DNA from: a virus
Lineage: Duplodnaviria > Caudoviricetes
Direction: 5' to 3' (one strand)
Virus record (IMG/VR): IMGVR_UViG_3300044617_000977
Span: 1 to 34,595 of that record
Length of the DNA stretch: 34,595 nucleotides
Made by a program: the position numbers and the translations under genes. Under the pieces are notes generated by a model. It was not told the origin of the DNA, made no database searches, and was given only the letters and a program-made list of their open reading frames with translations. Positions 1 through 8,297 of this stretch are shown piece by piece; within the stretch, counting starts at the first letter, position 1; each line of letters opens with the position of its first letter.

Positions 1-2
1 CT

Positions 3-1664
3 ACGCAATCTGCCAATCTTTCGACTGGAAAAGACGAAATTGTGACTCCTTCGCACAGGTCAGTTTTTATTCAAGACGGGGTATCTGCGCCTGCTTATTG
101 GGATGGTTCAAACAAGACTGGAACACAAACGGCATCTATCCCGACTGGCTATTGGATGGCATTTAGTGGGAATAGACTCTGGGTGGCAGATAAAAACATT
201 GTGCTGGCGAGTGACCTCGGAGACCCAACATCATGGCAAGAGCGCAAATCAGGTGCTGGAAGAGGTGACTTTGCTTTCAACCGATCAATTACTGGGATGG
301 TATCATATGTGGGTCAAGACACATCGACTCGACTAATTGTGTTTACAGATCGCTCCACTTTTTCCCTTGCCAGTGGAATTCTGGATCGCTCGCAGTGGAC
401 ATCTACGGCAAATTTTCAAAATACTTTGTATCCTACTGTTGGATGCATCGCAGGAAAAAGCATCACTTTTCAGGCAGGACAGATGTGGTGGTACTCGCAA
501 GGTGGCTTGCTTGCTGCGGATGTCGCGGCAGCATCGTATCTATCATCGCAGGTTATTTACAAAGATGTTGAGATGGCAAGGACGAAGCAGTTTCTGTCTG
601 GCAATATCAATGGGATTTGCGCCACCAGTTTTGAGAATTATATTCTGGTTAGCGTTCCACACCTCGAAAAACTGAACTCGCAAACAATGGTTCTGGACTA
701 TGCTGCTGCGTCAGAATGGTCGCAGTCTCGCGTTCCTGCATGGTGCGGTGTATGGACAGGCACTCGACCAGTAGAATGGACGACAGGCACGATTGCGGGG
801 CAGCAAAGGTGCTTCCACTTCAGCGTTGACTACTCTGCTACCTCGGATGGTTCATACAACCATCTCTGGGAGTCATTCGCACCGCAAAAATACGATTCGT
901 ATTTCGACATTGAATCGGATGGCAGTACCACTGAAAAAATCAACCGCATTTATTGCCAAATGGAGACTGCGATGCTCGGCGACCAGATGGATTTGAAGAA
1001 TTTTATTTACTCTGAAATCGAGGCTTGCGAGATCGGTGGAGTTGTTGACCTCACAGTTGCATTCCGAGGCAGCAAGGGAAAGCATAAGCAGATTTTAAAG
1101 AAAAGACTTCTTGCAGTGACAGATCGTGTCCAGTGGGAAGGAACCCCATATGAAAAACAAATTGAAGACCTCGGATATTTAAGTTCGCAGTACCGCAGAT
1201 TAATCACCGAATCCTCGCAAAGGCAGGTTGATTATCAAACCTGCGAGAGTCCTTTAACAATTGATATCGACAAGGCATTCAGCATTCTCGTTGAATGGTG
1301 CGGTCAAATGGGAGTCGAGATTGTCCGAATATTCATTGATCCATTCGCTACAAAATCACTTGGCGTACCGCAAAAAGACGAGACCAAATACTGCGTTGTC
1401 GGTCAGGATGGAGAGAATTTCACAATTGACAACTTGCCTGACGCTTACGACACCAGTAATGGTCAGCAAACCTCATGGTACGCGCAGGTATTTAAAACTG
1501 TCACATTGACCTGTAGTAATGGGTCTCCTTCAATTGCCGCTACAGCAGAGGCATCGTTTCTTTCACGAATTAGCTACGAACACGCACAAGAAGAAGCAGG
1601 AACGCTTGCGCTTCAAGCAGCAAATGCTGCCGCGCAACAATATCGAGCAGAAAACCCTTGTTAA
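3..1664 (+). CDS. Tail tubular/packaged-DNA stabilization protein (P22 gp10 / T7 gp12-like), 5'-truncated
   Basis: Frame is open from position 3, so the true start lies upstream of the window. Beta-rich propeller-like sequence (AFSGNRLWVA, ASDLGDPTSW, VGCIAGKSI) directly upstream of a GNAT-like gene and ejection-like genes, the usual podovirus order. Confidence 0.6.
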   Translation, partial: TQSANLSTGKDEIVTPSHRSVFIQDGVSAPAYWDGSNKTGTQTASIPTGYWMAFSGNRLWVADKNIVLASDLGDPTSWQERKSGAGRGDFAFNRSITGMVSYVGQDTSTRLIVFTDRSTFSLASGILDRSQWTSTANFQNTLYPTVGCIAGKSITFQAGQMWWYSQGGLLAADVAAASYLSSQVIYKDVEMARTKQFLSGNINGICATSFENYILVSVPHLEKLNSQTMVLDYAAASEWSQSRVPAWCGVWTGTRPVEWTTGTIAGQQRCFHFSVDYSATSDGSYNHLWESFAPQKYDSYFDIESDGSTTEKINRIYCQMETAMLGDQMDLKNFIYSEIEACEIGGVVDLTVAFRGSKGKHKQILKKRLLAVTDRVQWEGTPYEKQIEDLGYLSSQYRRLITESSQRQVDYQTCESPLTIDIDKAFSILVEWCGQMGVEIVRIFIDPFATKSLGVPQKDETKYCVVGQDGENFTIDNLPDAYDTSNGQQTSWYAQVFKTVTLTCSNGSPSIAATAEASFLSRISYEHAQEEAGTLALQAANAAAQQYRAENPC

Positions 1665-1665
1665 T

Positions 1666-1923
1666 ATGCCATCAATTGTCACAGCATCACAAAGAGTTAC
1701 TGACTTTCCGAATCGATTTGTATTCCCGTTTAGTAATGAAAATGCAATCCCTCTTTACTCATCAATTAATTTTATTAATCCTGCCGAAAATAATTGCTTG
1801 CCATGTATCGTATGCGGGAATATTAATGATCGCTTCAATGCCATTGAGGAGCAAGCAAGTAGATTCAAAAACTATGTGCCAAACCAGTTTGACAAAACAA
1901 ATGTTGTAGTTGGAACAGTATGA
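1666..1923 (+). CDS. Hypothetical protein (85 aa, CLPCIVC motif)
   Basis: ATG 1 nt after the upstream stop (TAATATG); overlaps the next gene by ATGA. Confidence 0.65.
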   Translation: MPSIVTASQRVTDFPNRFVFPFSNENAIPLYSSINFINPAENNCLPCIVCGNINDRFNAIEEQASRFKNYVPNQFDKTNVVVGTV

Positions 1924-2300
1924 AAATTAGTAATATAGAATATAAAACTATTCCAAAAGACAGTGGTGAATTCCTTGAACTTGTCGATTTTGCCGAGGAA
2001 TTCGACCACCATGTTGTTGAGCATCCACAGGTAAATGTCATTGGACATTATAAAGATGGAAAATTGTTTGGATATTCAGATCATGTTTACATTCCCGTTC
2101 TTTACCCTGCTTTTCATCCAAAACACACAACTCCGAGGGATGTGGTGCAATGTATGCACGATCTCAAAGTGTATGCACAAGTGTCTGGATCGGCAGGATA
2201 TATTGGAGTACCACTTCAAGAAGAACGCACTAATTTCACAAACGCAATCATGCACAAACTTGGCTTAAAACGAATGCACCGAGAACTTTTTAGCATTTAA
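1920..2300 (+). CDS. GNAT-like acetyl/acyltransferase of the virion module (P22 gp14 / T7 gp13-like position)
   Basis: YKDGKLFGY hairpin, AFHPKH and IMHKLGLKR resemble GNAT motifs; lies between the tail gene and ejection-like genes. Confidence 0.5.
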   Translation: MKISNIEYKTIPKDSGEFLELVDFAEEFDHHVVEHPQVNVIGHYKDGKLFGYSDHVYIPVLYPAFHPKHTTPRDVVQCMHDLKVYAQVSGSAGYIGVPLQEERTNFTNAIMHKLGLKRMHRELFSI

Positions 2301-2311
2301 GGAGAACCACT

Positions 2312-3184
2312 ATGGGAGGATCAGCACCAGCACCAGTTCAGTACGACACAGGGAAAATGATGCCTGCGCCAAATCCACAATCGACATACGATATGTTGGG
2401 AGCATCGATGAAATTGGGGCAAAGCGCACTGGATTTGCAACGAGGGAATATTTCATTGGCATCAAAAATGCCGCCTCGGATGCTGGAATACAACCCCACC
2501 GAAGTCTCCCAGCAAGCGTACGAATTCGGACTTGGCAACATCCAACGCTCACGCGAAGGCGAACAACTGACAGACCCTTTCGCAGCAGAAATGCGGATGG
2601 GATTGAGTCAGCAAGTTGCGGAAGCAACTGACCCGAATAAATTGGAAGACTTTTTGAGCCGATTTGCTCGCGAAAGAGGAATTACTTCTATTGCATCAAC
2701 TGGCATCGACCCTTCCAGCACAATTGGTCGATCTGCTCTTTTTGACAAAACTGCCGAGGCAGGCAGGAACATGATGTTCGACAACATCGCGAAGAGGCAG
2801 GCATTCTTGCAGGCAACTCCAGCACCAATGGGAGGCATTGACCCCGGTGCGGCAGTAGCAGCACAGCAAGCCACAAGAGACGCAAATACTGGAACGATGA
2901 ATGCGTTCCAAGCTCAAACCCTTCAGAACGCTTTTGGCATGGGTCAATCGTACTCCGATTATGTCAACAAAATGATGGGTGAGACCATGTCTGCAAATCA
3001 AGCGGAGCAGGCTAATCTTCGCTCTTACCAAGAGCAATTGATCAACAACCTGATTGGGAATGCCAATTCTACAAACGCCGCAAATGCCGCCGCATCTGCT
3101 GGGCAGCAGGCGCAGACTGGACAACTTATTGCTGGTGGTGGAGCGGCACTGGGAATCGCCGCTGCCGCTGCAATTATGATTTAA
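2312..3184 (+). CDS. Putative internal virion/DNA ejection (pilot) protein
   Basis: MGGSAPAP N-terminus; rich in A/Q/M/G; hydrophobic Gly/Ala C-terminus LIAGGGAALGIAAAAAIMI; AAGGAG upstream of the start. Confidence 0.6.
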   Translation: MGGSAPAPVQYDTGKMMPAPNPQSTYDMLGASMKLGQSALDLQRGNISLASKMPPRMLEYNPTEVSQQAYEFGLGNIQRSREGEQLTDPFAAEMRMGLSQQVAEATDPNKLEDFLSRFARERGITSIASTGIDPSSTIGRSALFDKTAEAGRNMMFDNIAKRQAFLQATPAPMGGIDPGAAVAAQQATRDANTGTMNAFQAQTLQNAFGMGQSYSDYVNKMMGETMSANQAEQANLRSYQEQLINNLIGNANSTNAANAAASAGQQAQTGQLIAGGGAALGIAAAAAIMI

Positions 3185-3185
3185 A

Positions 3186-4034
3186 ATGAATATTGAACTA
3201 CTGAATAGGACAGTTGAAATGGCGCGACTTTGGGCTACGAATTGGCCGAAGAGCGTTGTCTTTTGGTCTGGAGGCAAGGACTCCACGGCACTGCTGCACA
3301 TTCTTAAATTCCGCGCAGGAATTGACCTGCCTGTCGTGCAATTTCGTGAACCAAAATTTCGTGAACGATACGCTTATTCAGATCGTTTGATAAAAAAGTG
3401 GAAACTCGCAATCTATGAATATCCGCCAATGCGAGTAGCAATGACTGATGGGCCTGACACCGAGACTGGCAAGGTGCGGTTCGATATGCTCAAATATTTT
3501 CAATGGGGTGAAAAGTGTATGGTAATGTCACTCGGCACTGAAAGGCCAAAGGAGGGACAAGAATTTTTGTGCGGTGTGAACGACTTCCTGATGCGTCCTA
3601 CAGGGACTTTTCATTGGCCTTGGAATGCAGTCTACATTGGAACAAAAAACACTGACACTGATCTGATCAAAGGTCAGGTTGCGGTAACGACCCACATTCG
3701 CCATGCAGAGGGATCGCCAGTTAGCTTGTATCTGCTCCGAGATTGGACTGACAAAGATGTCTACGATTATCTTGAATATTCTGGCGTGGAACCTGACGAG
3801 ACACGCTATGTCAAGACCGAAAAAGGGTGGGGCAACAATCCTGACAAGTCGCTCAATGCCGACTTTTACCCAGTCTGTTTTAACTGCGTGGATCGGCATC
3901 AAGGCAAGTATGTAGACTGCCCGAAACTGAAGGCAAAAATCACCAATGTTTCGCACCTCGCGCCTTACGAGGACATTGTGATTGACGACCTTGGATTTCG
4001 ACCTGTGGACTGGGCTAAAAAGAAAAATGTATGA
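3186..4034 (+). CDS. PP-loop adenine-nucleotide alpha-hydrolase, PAPS-reductase-like family
   Basis: VVFWSGGKDSTALL PP-loop, VYIGTKNTD, LRDWTDKDVYDYL, C-terminal CFNC...CP. Lacks the ECGLH tail of true CysH. Confidence 0.8.
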   Translation: MNIELLNRTVEMARLWATNWPKSVVFWSGGKDSTALLHILKFRAGIDLPVVQFREPKFRERYAYSDRLIKKWKLAIYEYPPMRVAMTDGPDTETGKVRFDMLKYFQWGEKCMVMSLGTERPKEGQEFLCGVNDFLMRPTGTFHWPWNAVYIGTKNTDTDLIKGQVAVTTHIRHAEGSPVSLYLLRDWTDKDVYDYLEYSGVEPDETRYVKTEKGWGNNPDKSLNADFYPVCFNCVDRHQGKYVDCPKLKAKITNVSHLAPYEDIVIDDLGFRPVDWAKKKNV

Positions 4035-4302
4035 TTGCAAAACCTGTGGTGCTTGTTGCTGTTTCAAATGGTCATGGCCGATTCTCAAACGAGATCGGTC
4101 AGACGCAACAGGCATCCCTGCTGAAATGCAAAGAGAGGACTATCCTTTGATGAAAACAACAAACAACAGGTGTATTGCTCTTGAAGGAAAGGTTGGCGAG
4201 ACTGTTTGCTGCATGGTTTATCCAAATCGGCCAAAATCATGCCAGCAATTTGTTGTGGGTTCAGAACTTTGCAAAGAAGCAAGAAAAGAGAAAGGACTTT
4301 AA
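4027..4302 (+). CDS. YkgJ/CxxCxxCC family cysteine-cluster (Zn or Fe-S) protein
   Basis: DCKTCGACC...RCIALEG...CMVYPNRPKSCQQF...C matches the family pattern; overlaps the ATPase stop codon. Confidence 0.85.
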   Translation: MYDCKTCGACCCFKWSWPILKRDRSDATGIPAEMQREDYPLMKTTNNRCIALEGKVGETVCCMVYPNRPKSCQQFVVGSELCKEARKEKGL

Positions 4303-4304
4303 TT

Positions 4305-4748
4305 ATGGGAGGATTACAAAAAGGAATTGAAAAAAATGTTTCCAAGGTGTGGTTGCCAGTCAGGAAAGTAATTGATCCATTAAATATAATGGATCCCTTT
4401 AACATATTGCCTGATGCAAAGTTGCGAGGGAAAAAAAGATTTTCTTTTGACCCTGAATATGGTGGTGCTTTAGGAAAGGCATTAAAAGGCCCAACTCGAC
4501 CATATGTGCCGCCAAAAGTTGATTTTTCAAAGTATCAAGTTCCGCAATTTAATTATAACCCATCAGGATTTCTTTCTCAAATCCAACAAGGCAATCAAGC
4601 GTCTTTAAATCAAAAAACAGATGCGTTGGCATCAGCAAATGATGCTCAACAAGCTAATATTAATTCGATAATGGCGCAAAGCAAACCTCCTGTTCAAAAT
4701 AACTTTTCTTCACCCAATTTATCTGGGTTGACTTTTGGCGGGAAATAA
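4305..4748 (+). CDS. MGG-start protein with C-terminal PNLSGLTFGGK tag; putative internal virion protein
   Basis: Start after TAATTATG; shares its C-terminal motif with the next three genes. Confidence 0.7.
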   Translation: MGGLQKGIEKNVSKVWLPVRKVIDPLNIMDPFNILPDAKLRGKKRFSFDPEYGGALGKALKGPTRPYVPPKVDFSKYQVPQFNYNPSGFLSQIQQGNQASLNQKTDALASANDAQQANINSIMAQSKPPVQNNFSSPNLSGLTFGGK

Positions 4749-4781
4749 TTAAAAATAAAACAAAATGAAAGGACATTAATT

Positions 4782-5357
4782 ATGGGTGGAGGAAGACAAG
4801 CTGGGCCGAGCAAGGCACAAGTTCAGGCGCAACAGCAGCAAGAAAATGCTATGATGCAAATGAATATGCAAATGAATCAGCAGCAAATGGCTATGCAACA
4901 ATCCATGTTGCAAGCTCAACTTGATGCCGCTGAACGGCAAAGAGTCGCGGCAGAAAAAGCAGCACAGGAAGCGGCAATCCAATCGCAATCCTCTATGGCT
5001 CAACAGGCAGCACAGCAAAATATGTCCGATGTGCAACAAAAATTGACTGGCAAAAATGTGATGCAAGAACTTGCTGATCAAAATGCCGCAAAAGCCTATA
5101 ATAAAAGTCTAACCACAGGTGCTGAAAACATGACTGGCAATTTTGATTTTGCGAAGTCAAAACAAAATGCATTGCAACAACTTGGTGCAGCATCTGGAAC
5201 ATTGCCGCAAACCACAAGTAATACGCTTTCTAATATTTATGGGCTAAATCCAGCAGCAACGACTGCTGCAACTGCCTTAAATAAAACTGGCAATACAAAA
5301 GACAAAAATCAGTATATAATGCCAAACACTTCAGGCTTAACATTCGGAGGAACATAA
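4782..5357 (+). CDS. MGG-start Q/A-rich protein with C-terminal MPNTSGLTFGGT tag; putative internal virion protein
   Basis: 191-aa ORF; coiled-coil Q/A/M composition; shared C-terminal tag. Confidence 0.75.
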   Translation: MGGGRQAGPSKAQVQAQQQQENAMMQMNMQMNQQQMAMQQSMLQAQLDAAERQRVAAEKAAQEAAIQSQSSMAQQAAQQNMSDVQQKLTGKNVMQELADQNAAKAYNKSLTTGAENMTGNFDFAKSKQNALQQLGAASGTLPQTTSNTLSNIYGLNPAATTAATALNKTGNTKDKNQYIMPNTSGLTFGGT

Positions 5358-5359
5358 TT

Positions 5360-5890
5360 ATGGGAGGATCATCTAAAGGCAAAGGAAAGGGTGGAGGTGG
5401 AGGTAATTCTGCTCCTGCTCCTGATAATTCCGCGCAAATGAGAGCAATGCAACAGCAGCAGGAGCAGCAGCAACAGGCTTTTGCAAAGCAGCAAGCAGAT
5501 GCTCTGGCGGCACAGCAGGCGGCACAAGAAGCGGCAAGGAAAGCAGCAGAGGAAGCAGCAAGGCAACAGGCTATTGCGTCTCAATCTGCCAATGCTCGCA
5601 GTCTTGCAACTACTAATCAGCAAGAAGTTGGTAACAAATTGCAATCGACATTGAGTACGCCAATCCAAAGCGGCACGATGAATTATGGAGCGCAGGCGAG
5701 CGGGTTTAATCCTGTTGCTGCAAAGCAACAGCAAATCACCTCGATGGGTGGTGGCGCAATGCCGACTCCTATGGCATCGCCGGGCGCGGCAGTCGCCGCA
5801 AAAGTAAACACTGACGCAGGCGGCACAAATGCCGTGCAAAACCGATATACGATGCCCAATACACAAGGTCTGCAATTCGGAGGAACTTAA
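5360..5890 (+). CDS. MGG-start Q/A-rich protein with C-terminal MPNTQGLQFGGT tag; paralog of the preceding gene
   Basis: 176-aa ORF; AAEEAARQQAIASQS resembles AAEKAAQEAAIQSQS of the previous gene; shared tag. Confidence 0.75.
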   Translation: MGGSSKGKGKGGGGGNSAPAPDNSAQMRAMQQQQEQQQQAFAKQQADALAAQQAAQEAARKAAEEAARQQAIASQSANARSLATTNQQEVGNKLQSTLSTPIQSGTMNYGAQASGFNPVAAKQQQITSMGGGAMPTPMASPGAAVAAKVNTDAGGTNAVQNRYTMPNTQGLQFGGT

Positions 5891-5891
5891 T

Positions 5892-6245
5892 ATGCCATCC
5901 ATTTCTTATATCCCTAAAGTTTCAAACCAATCTGCTGTTGTTAACCCTGTAACAAGCAAAGGAAATGATTTAAAGTTTACTAAAGATGAAATAATGAATT
6001 TTATCCAACAAAATCCTGAAGTGTTAACAGAAGGATATTGGAAAGGAAGAGAGGCATTAACTGAAGGAGCAGTTCAAGGAATCACCTCGGCATTGGGCAG
6101 TGTTACTGGAGCATTGACATCGAAATTTGCAGATGCAAAAAAAATTGCAGATGCAAACAAAGCACATGAACGAGCAATTGAAATTGCAAGAATTCAATCC
6201 GCACCTTTTACAAGACCAAATACAAGCGGAATAACATTTAGATAA
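5892..6245 (+). CDS. Small virion-module protein: N-terminal part paralogous to the next gene, C-terminal PNTSGITFR tag
   Basis: ATG after TAATATG; FIQQNPEVLTEGYWKGREALTEGAV nearly matches FIKQNPEVVTEGFWKGRQALTEGAV in 6248..8296. Confidence 0.75.
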   Translation: MPSISYIPKVSNQSAVVNPVTSKGNDLKFTKDEIMNFIQQNPEVLTEGYWKGREALTEGAVQGITSALGSVTGALTSKFADAKKIADANKAHERAIEIARIQSAPFTRPNTSGITFR

Positions 6246-6247
6246 TT

Positions 6248-8296
6248 ATGGTTAACGCTTTTTCCTTTTCTTATACGCCAAAACCCTCGACGGCATTAGC
6301 AAGCATAACTCCGCTTAAATTGCTTGGAGAAGGACGAGAGGCATTGCGATTTGCCGCAAACACTCCCATGTCGTTTATTAAGCAGAATCCAGAGGTTGTC
6401 ACCGAGGGATTTTGGAAAGGCAGGCAGGCACTTACAGAGGGTGCAGTTAAGGGAGTGACCTCGGCATTGAGCGGAGTTTCTGGCGCATTGGCAGCACAGG
6501 CAGCAGAGACAAAAGCCGAGACAAAATTAGCAGAAGATCGAGCGCATGAAATTGCAGTTGCTAAAATTAAAGCCGCGCCAACTGAAGCAGAAAAAGCATA
6601 TCAGCAGCAGAGAAGTGATTTATTGGCGCAACAAATCCAAGCAGCAACTGCAAAAAATCAAGCAGATGTCGCAGACGATGGATTTAATGCCATTCCATCA
6701 GGAGGAAGAGATTGGAGTTCTTATAATCGTCCAAATTTTAATCAAACAGAAGATGCAATGACTGACTCTGCTGGAAATGTTATTAAGCCTGCTGCTCCTG
6801 CTGCTGCTCCCGCTCCTGCTCCTGCTCCTGCTGCTGCTCCTGCTGCTGCTCCTGCCAATGTAACTTCTGCTGATCCTGATACAGTATTCAAAACTGCATC
6901 TACTGCGACTCCTGAATCTACAAAAAATGTATTACAAAGCGTTTTAGATGAACAAATAAAAGCTAATAAAAATTTAGAAACTGCTGTAAATAATTCTCGA
7001 AAAAAACTGTATGAATCAGCAAGCCCATCTGTTGCATATGAAGTTAAAGTGCTTACTGAAACAAATAATTTTCCTGAACTTGAGAAACTTGCTAAAAACA
7101 AATTTATTGATCAAAATGTTTTAGATGAATATAAAAATATTAAATCTAAACAAGAGTTAATTACATCAAGACCCCAAACAACTATTCCAGCAACTCCTGC
7201 CGCAAATAAATCTGATGTTTTGCAAAATTTATCATTCAATGATATAAATATTACTCCTTCAGAACAAACTCAATCAATAAGAGGAGAATACAAATTACCT
7301 GTTATTGAATCATCTGTGCCTCGCAATTTGCAAAAATCCGAAGGTGATTTAGCACTTACTGGAAAAACATTGCCACTTATGCGAGTAGAGGGTGCAGAAG
7401 ATAAGCCTCTTGCTGGAACTCCTCCAGTTGAACCTGCTCTTCCAACTCAACAACCTTCCGAACCAGTGCTTGCTCAAGCAGTGCCTGAAACTGAAGCAGA
7501 GTACCGATACAGGTTGGAAAGTGATTTGACTGGTCAACCATTTATGAATCCTGCTGATGCAAGGATGGCAAAAAATATTCTTGAACAACAATTAGGAGTT
7601 AAAGCCAAAGTTAATGGCATTGATGCAGGCAAAGGTAAAAGAATTTATCGTGTAGAAATCATTGAAGATGCGCCACCTAAAACTGCTCCTGAAGGATATT
7701 TTGTTGAATCAATAAGAGATGCTGATGGCAAGGAAACATATGTATATAAGCCTAAAATGCCTGTCGAACAACAAGTCCAATCTGTTAATGTTGCACTTGA
7801 TAGGGCAAAAACTTTAAAAACAGCAATTTCTGAAATTCGCGGGATTATTGGAGGGATAAGTCCCGGCGTTGGTGGTGCAGCTAATTTGATGGCAAAACTT
7901 CCTTTTCCCACAGATGCAAGCACTGTTGAATCGCTTAATGAAACAATAAAAGGAATTATTGGTTTCCAAGAATTAGTAGATTTAAAAGCCGCAGGAGGAA
8001 GTCTTGGAGCATTGTCAGACGCTGAACTTAAAATGTTAACTTCACTTCAAGGTAGTCTTGATGTTAAAAATTTACACAAAGACAAATATTTGGCAGTATT
8101 AAAAAACATCGAATCCAGAGCAAGTGATGTTGAAAAGAAAATGGAAGCGCATAAAAAAGATTTGATGAATGTCGAAAAGAAAACTAATTTTCAGCCTATT
8201 CAACCTAAATCCCAAACATATCAAAAAGGTCAAGTTGCTATAGTTAATGGCAATAGCTACAAATGGGATGGGAATCAATGGAATTTAATTCAATAA
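6248..8296 (+). CDS. Putative DNA ejection/internal virion protein (682 aa)
   Basis: Pro/Ala linker; helical C-terminal domain LKAAGGSLGALSDAELKML typical of ejection proteins; terminal YKWDGNQW motif; precedes the giant protein. Confidence 0.6.
   Translation: MVNAFSFSYTPKPSTALASITPLKLLGEGREALRFAANTPMSFIKQNPEVVTEGFWKGRQALTEGAVKGVTSALSGVSGALAAQAAETKAETKLAEDRAHEIAVAKIKAAPTEAEKAYQQQRSDLLAQQIQAATAKNQADVADDGFNAIPSGGRDWSSYNRPNFNQTEDAMTDSAGNVIKPAAPAAAPAPAPAPAAAPAAAPANVTSADPDTVFKTASTATPESTKNVLQSVLDEQIKANKNLETAVNNSRKKLYESASPSVAYEVKVLTETNNFPELEKLAKNKFIDQNVLDEYKNIKSKQELITSRPQTTIPATPAANKSDVLQNLSFNDINITPSEQTQSIRGEYKLPVIESSVPRNLQKSEGDLALTGKTLPLMRVEGAEDKPLAGTPPVEPALPTQQPSEPVLAQAVPETEAEYRYRLESDLTGQPFMNPADARMAKNILEQQLGVKAKVNGIDAGKGKRIYRVEIIEDAPPKTAPEGYFVESIRDADGKETYVYKPKMPVEQQVQSVNVALDRAKTLKTAISEIRGIIGGISPGVGGAANLMAKLPFPTDASTVESLNETIKGIIGFQELVDLKAAGGSLGALSDAELKMLTSLQGSLDVKNLHKDKYLAVLKNIESRASDVEKKMEAHKKDLMNVEKKTNFQPIQPKSQTYQKGQVAIVNGNSYKWDGNQWNLIQ
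6788..6856 (+). repeat. Low-complexity (CCT/GCT)n tract encoding a PAA/PA linker
   Basis: cctgctgctcctgctgctgctcccgctcctgct... seen directly. Confidence 0.85.
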
Positions 8297-8297
8297 A

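Noticed and set aside
3186-4034. cysH sulfur-assimilation auxiliary gene or Dnd phosphorothioation system
   Set aside because: No ECGLH motif, no other cys/dnd/ssp genes in the window, and a structural-gene context.
4699-6245. Sortase LPXTG signals or true ubiquitin-like proteins
   Set aside because: MPNTSG does not fit LPXTG spacing, there is no TM/basic tail or sortase, and the proteins are low-complexity rather than beta-grasp.
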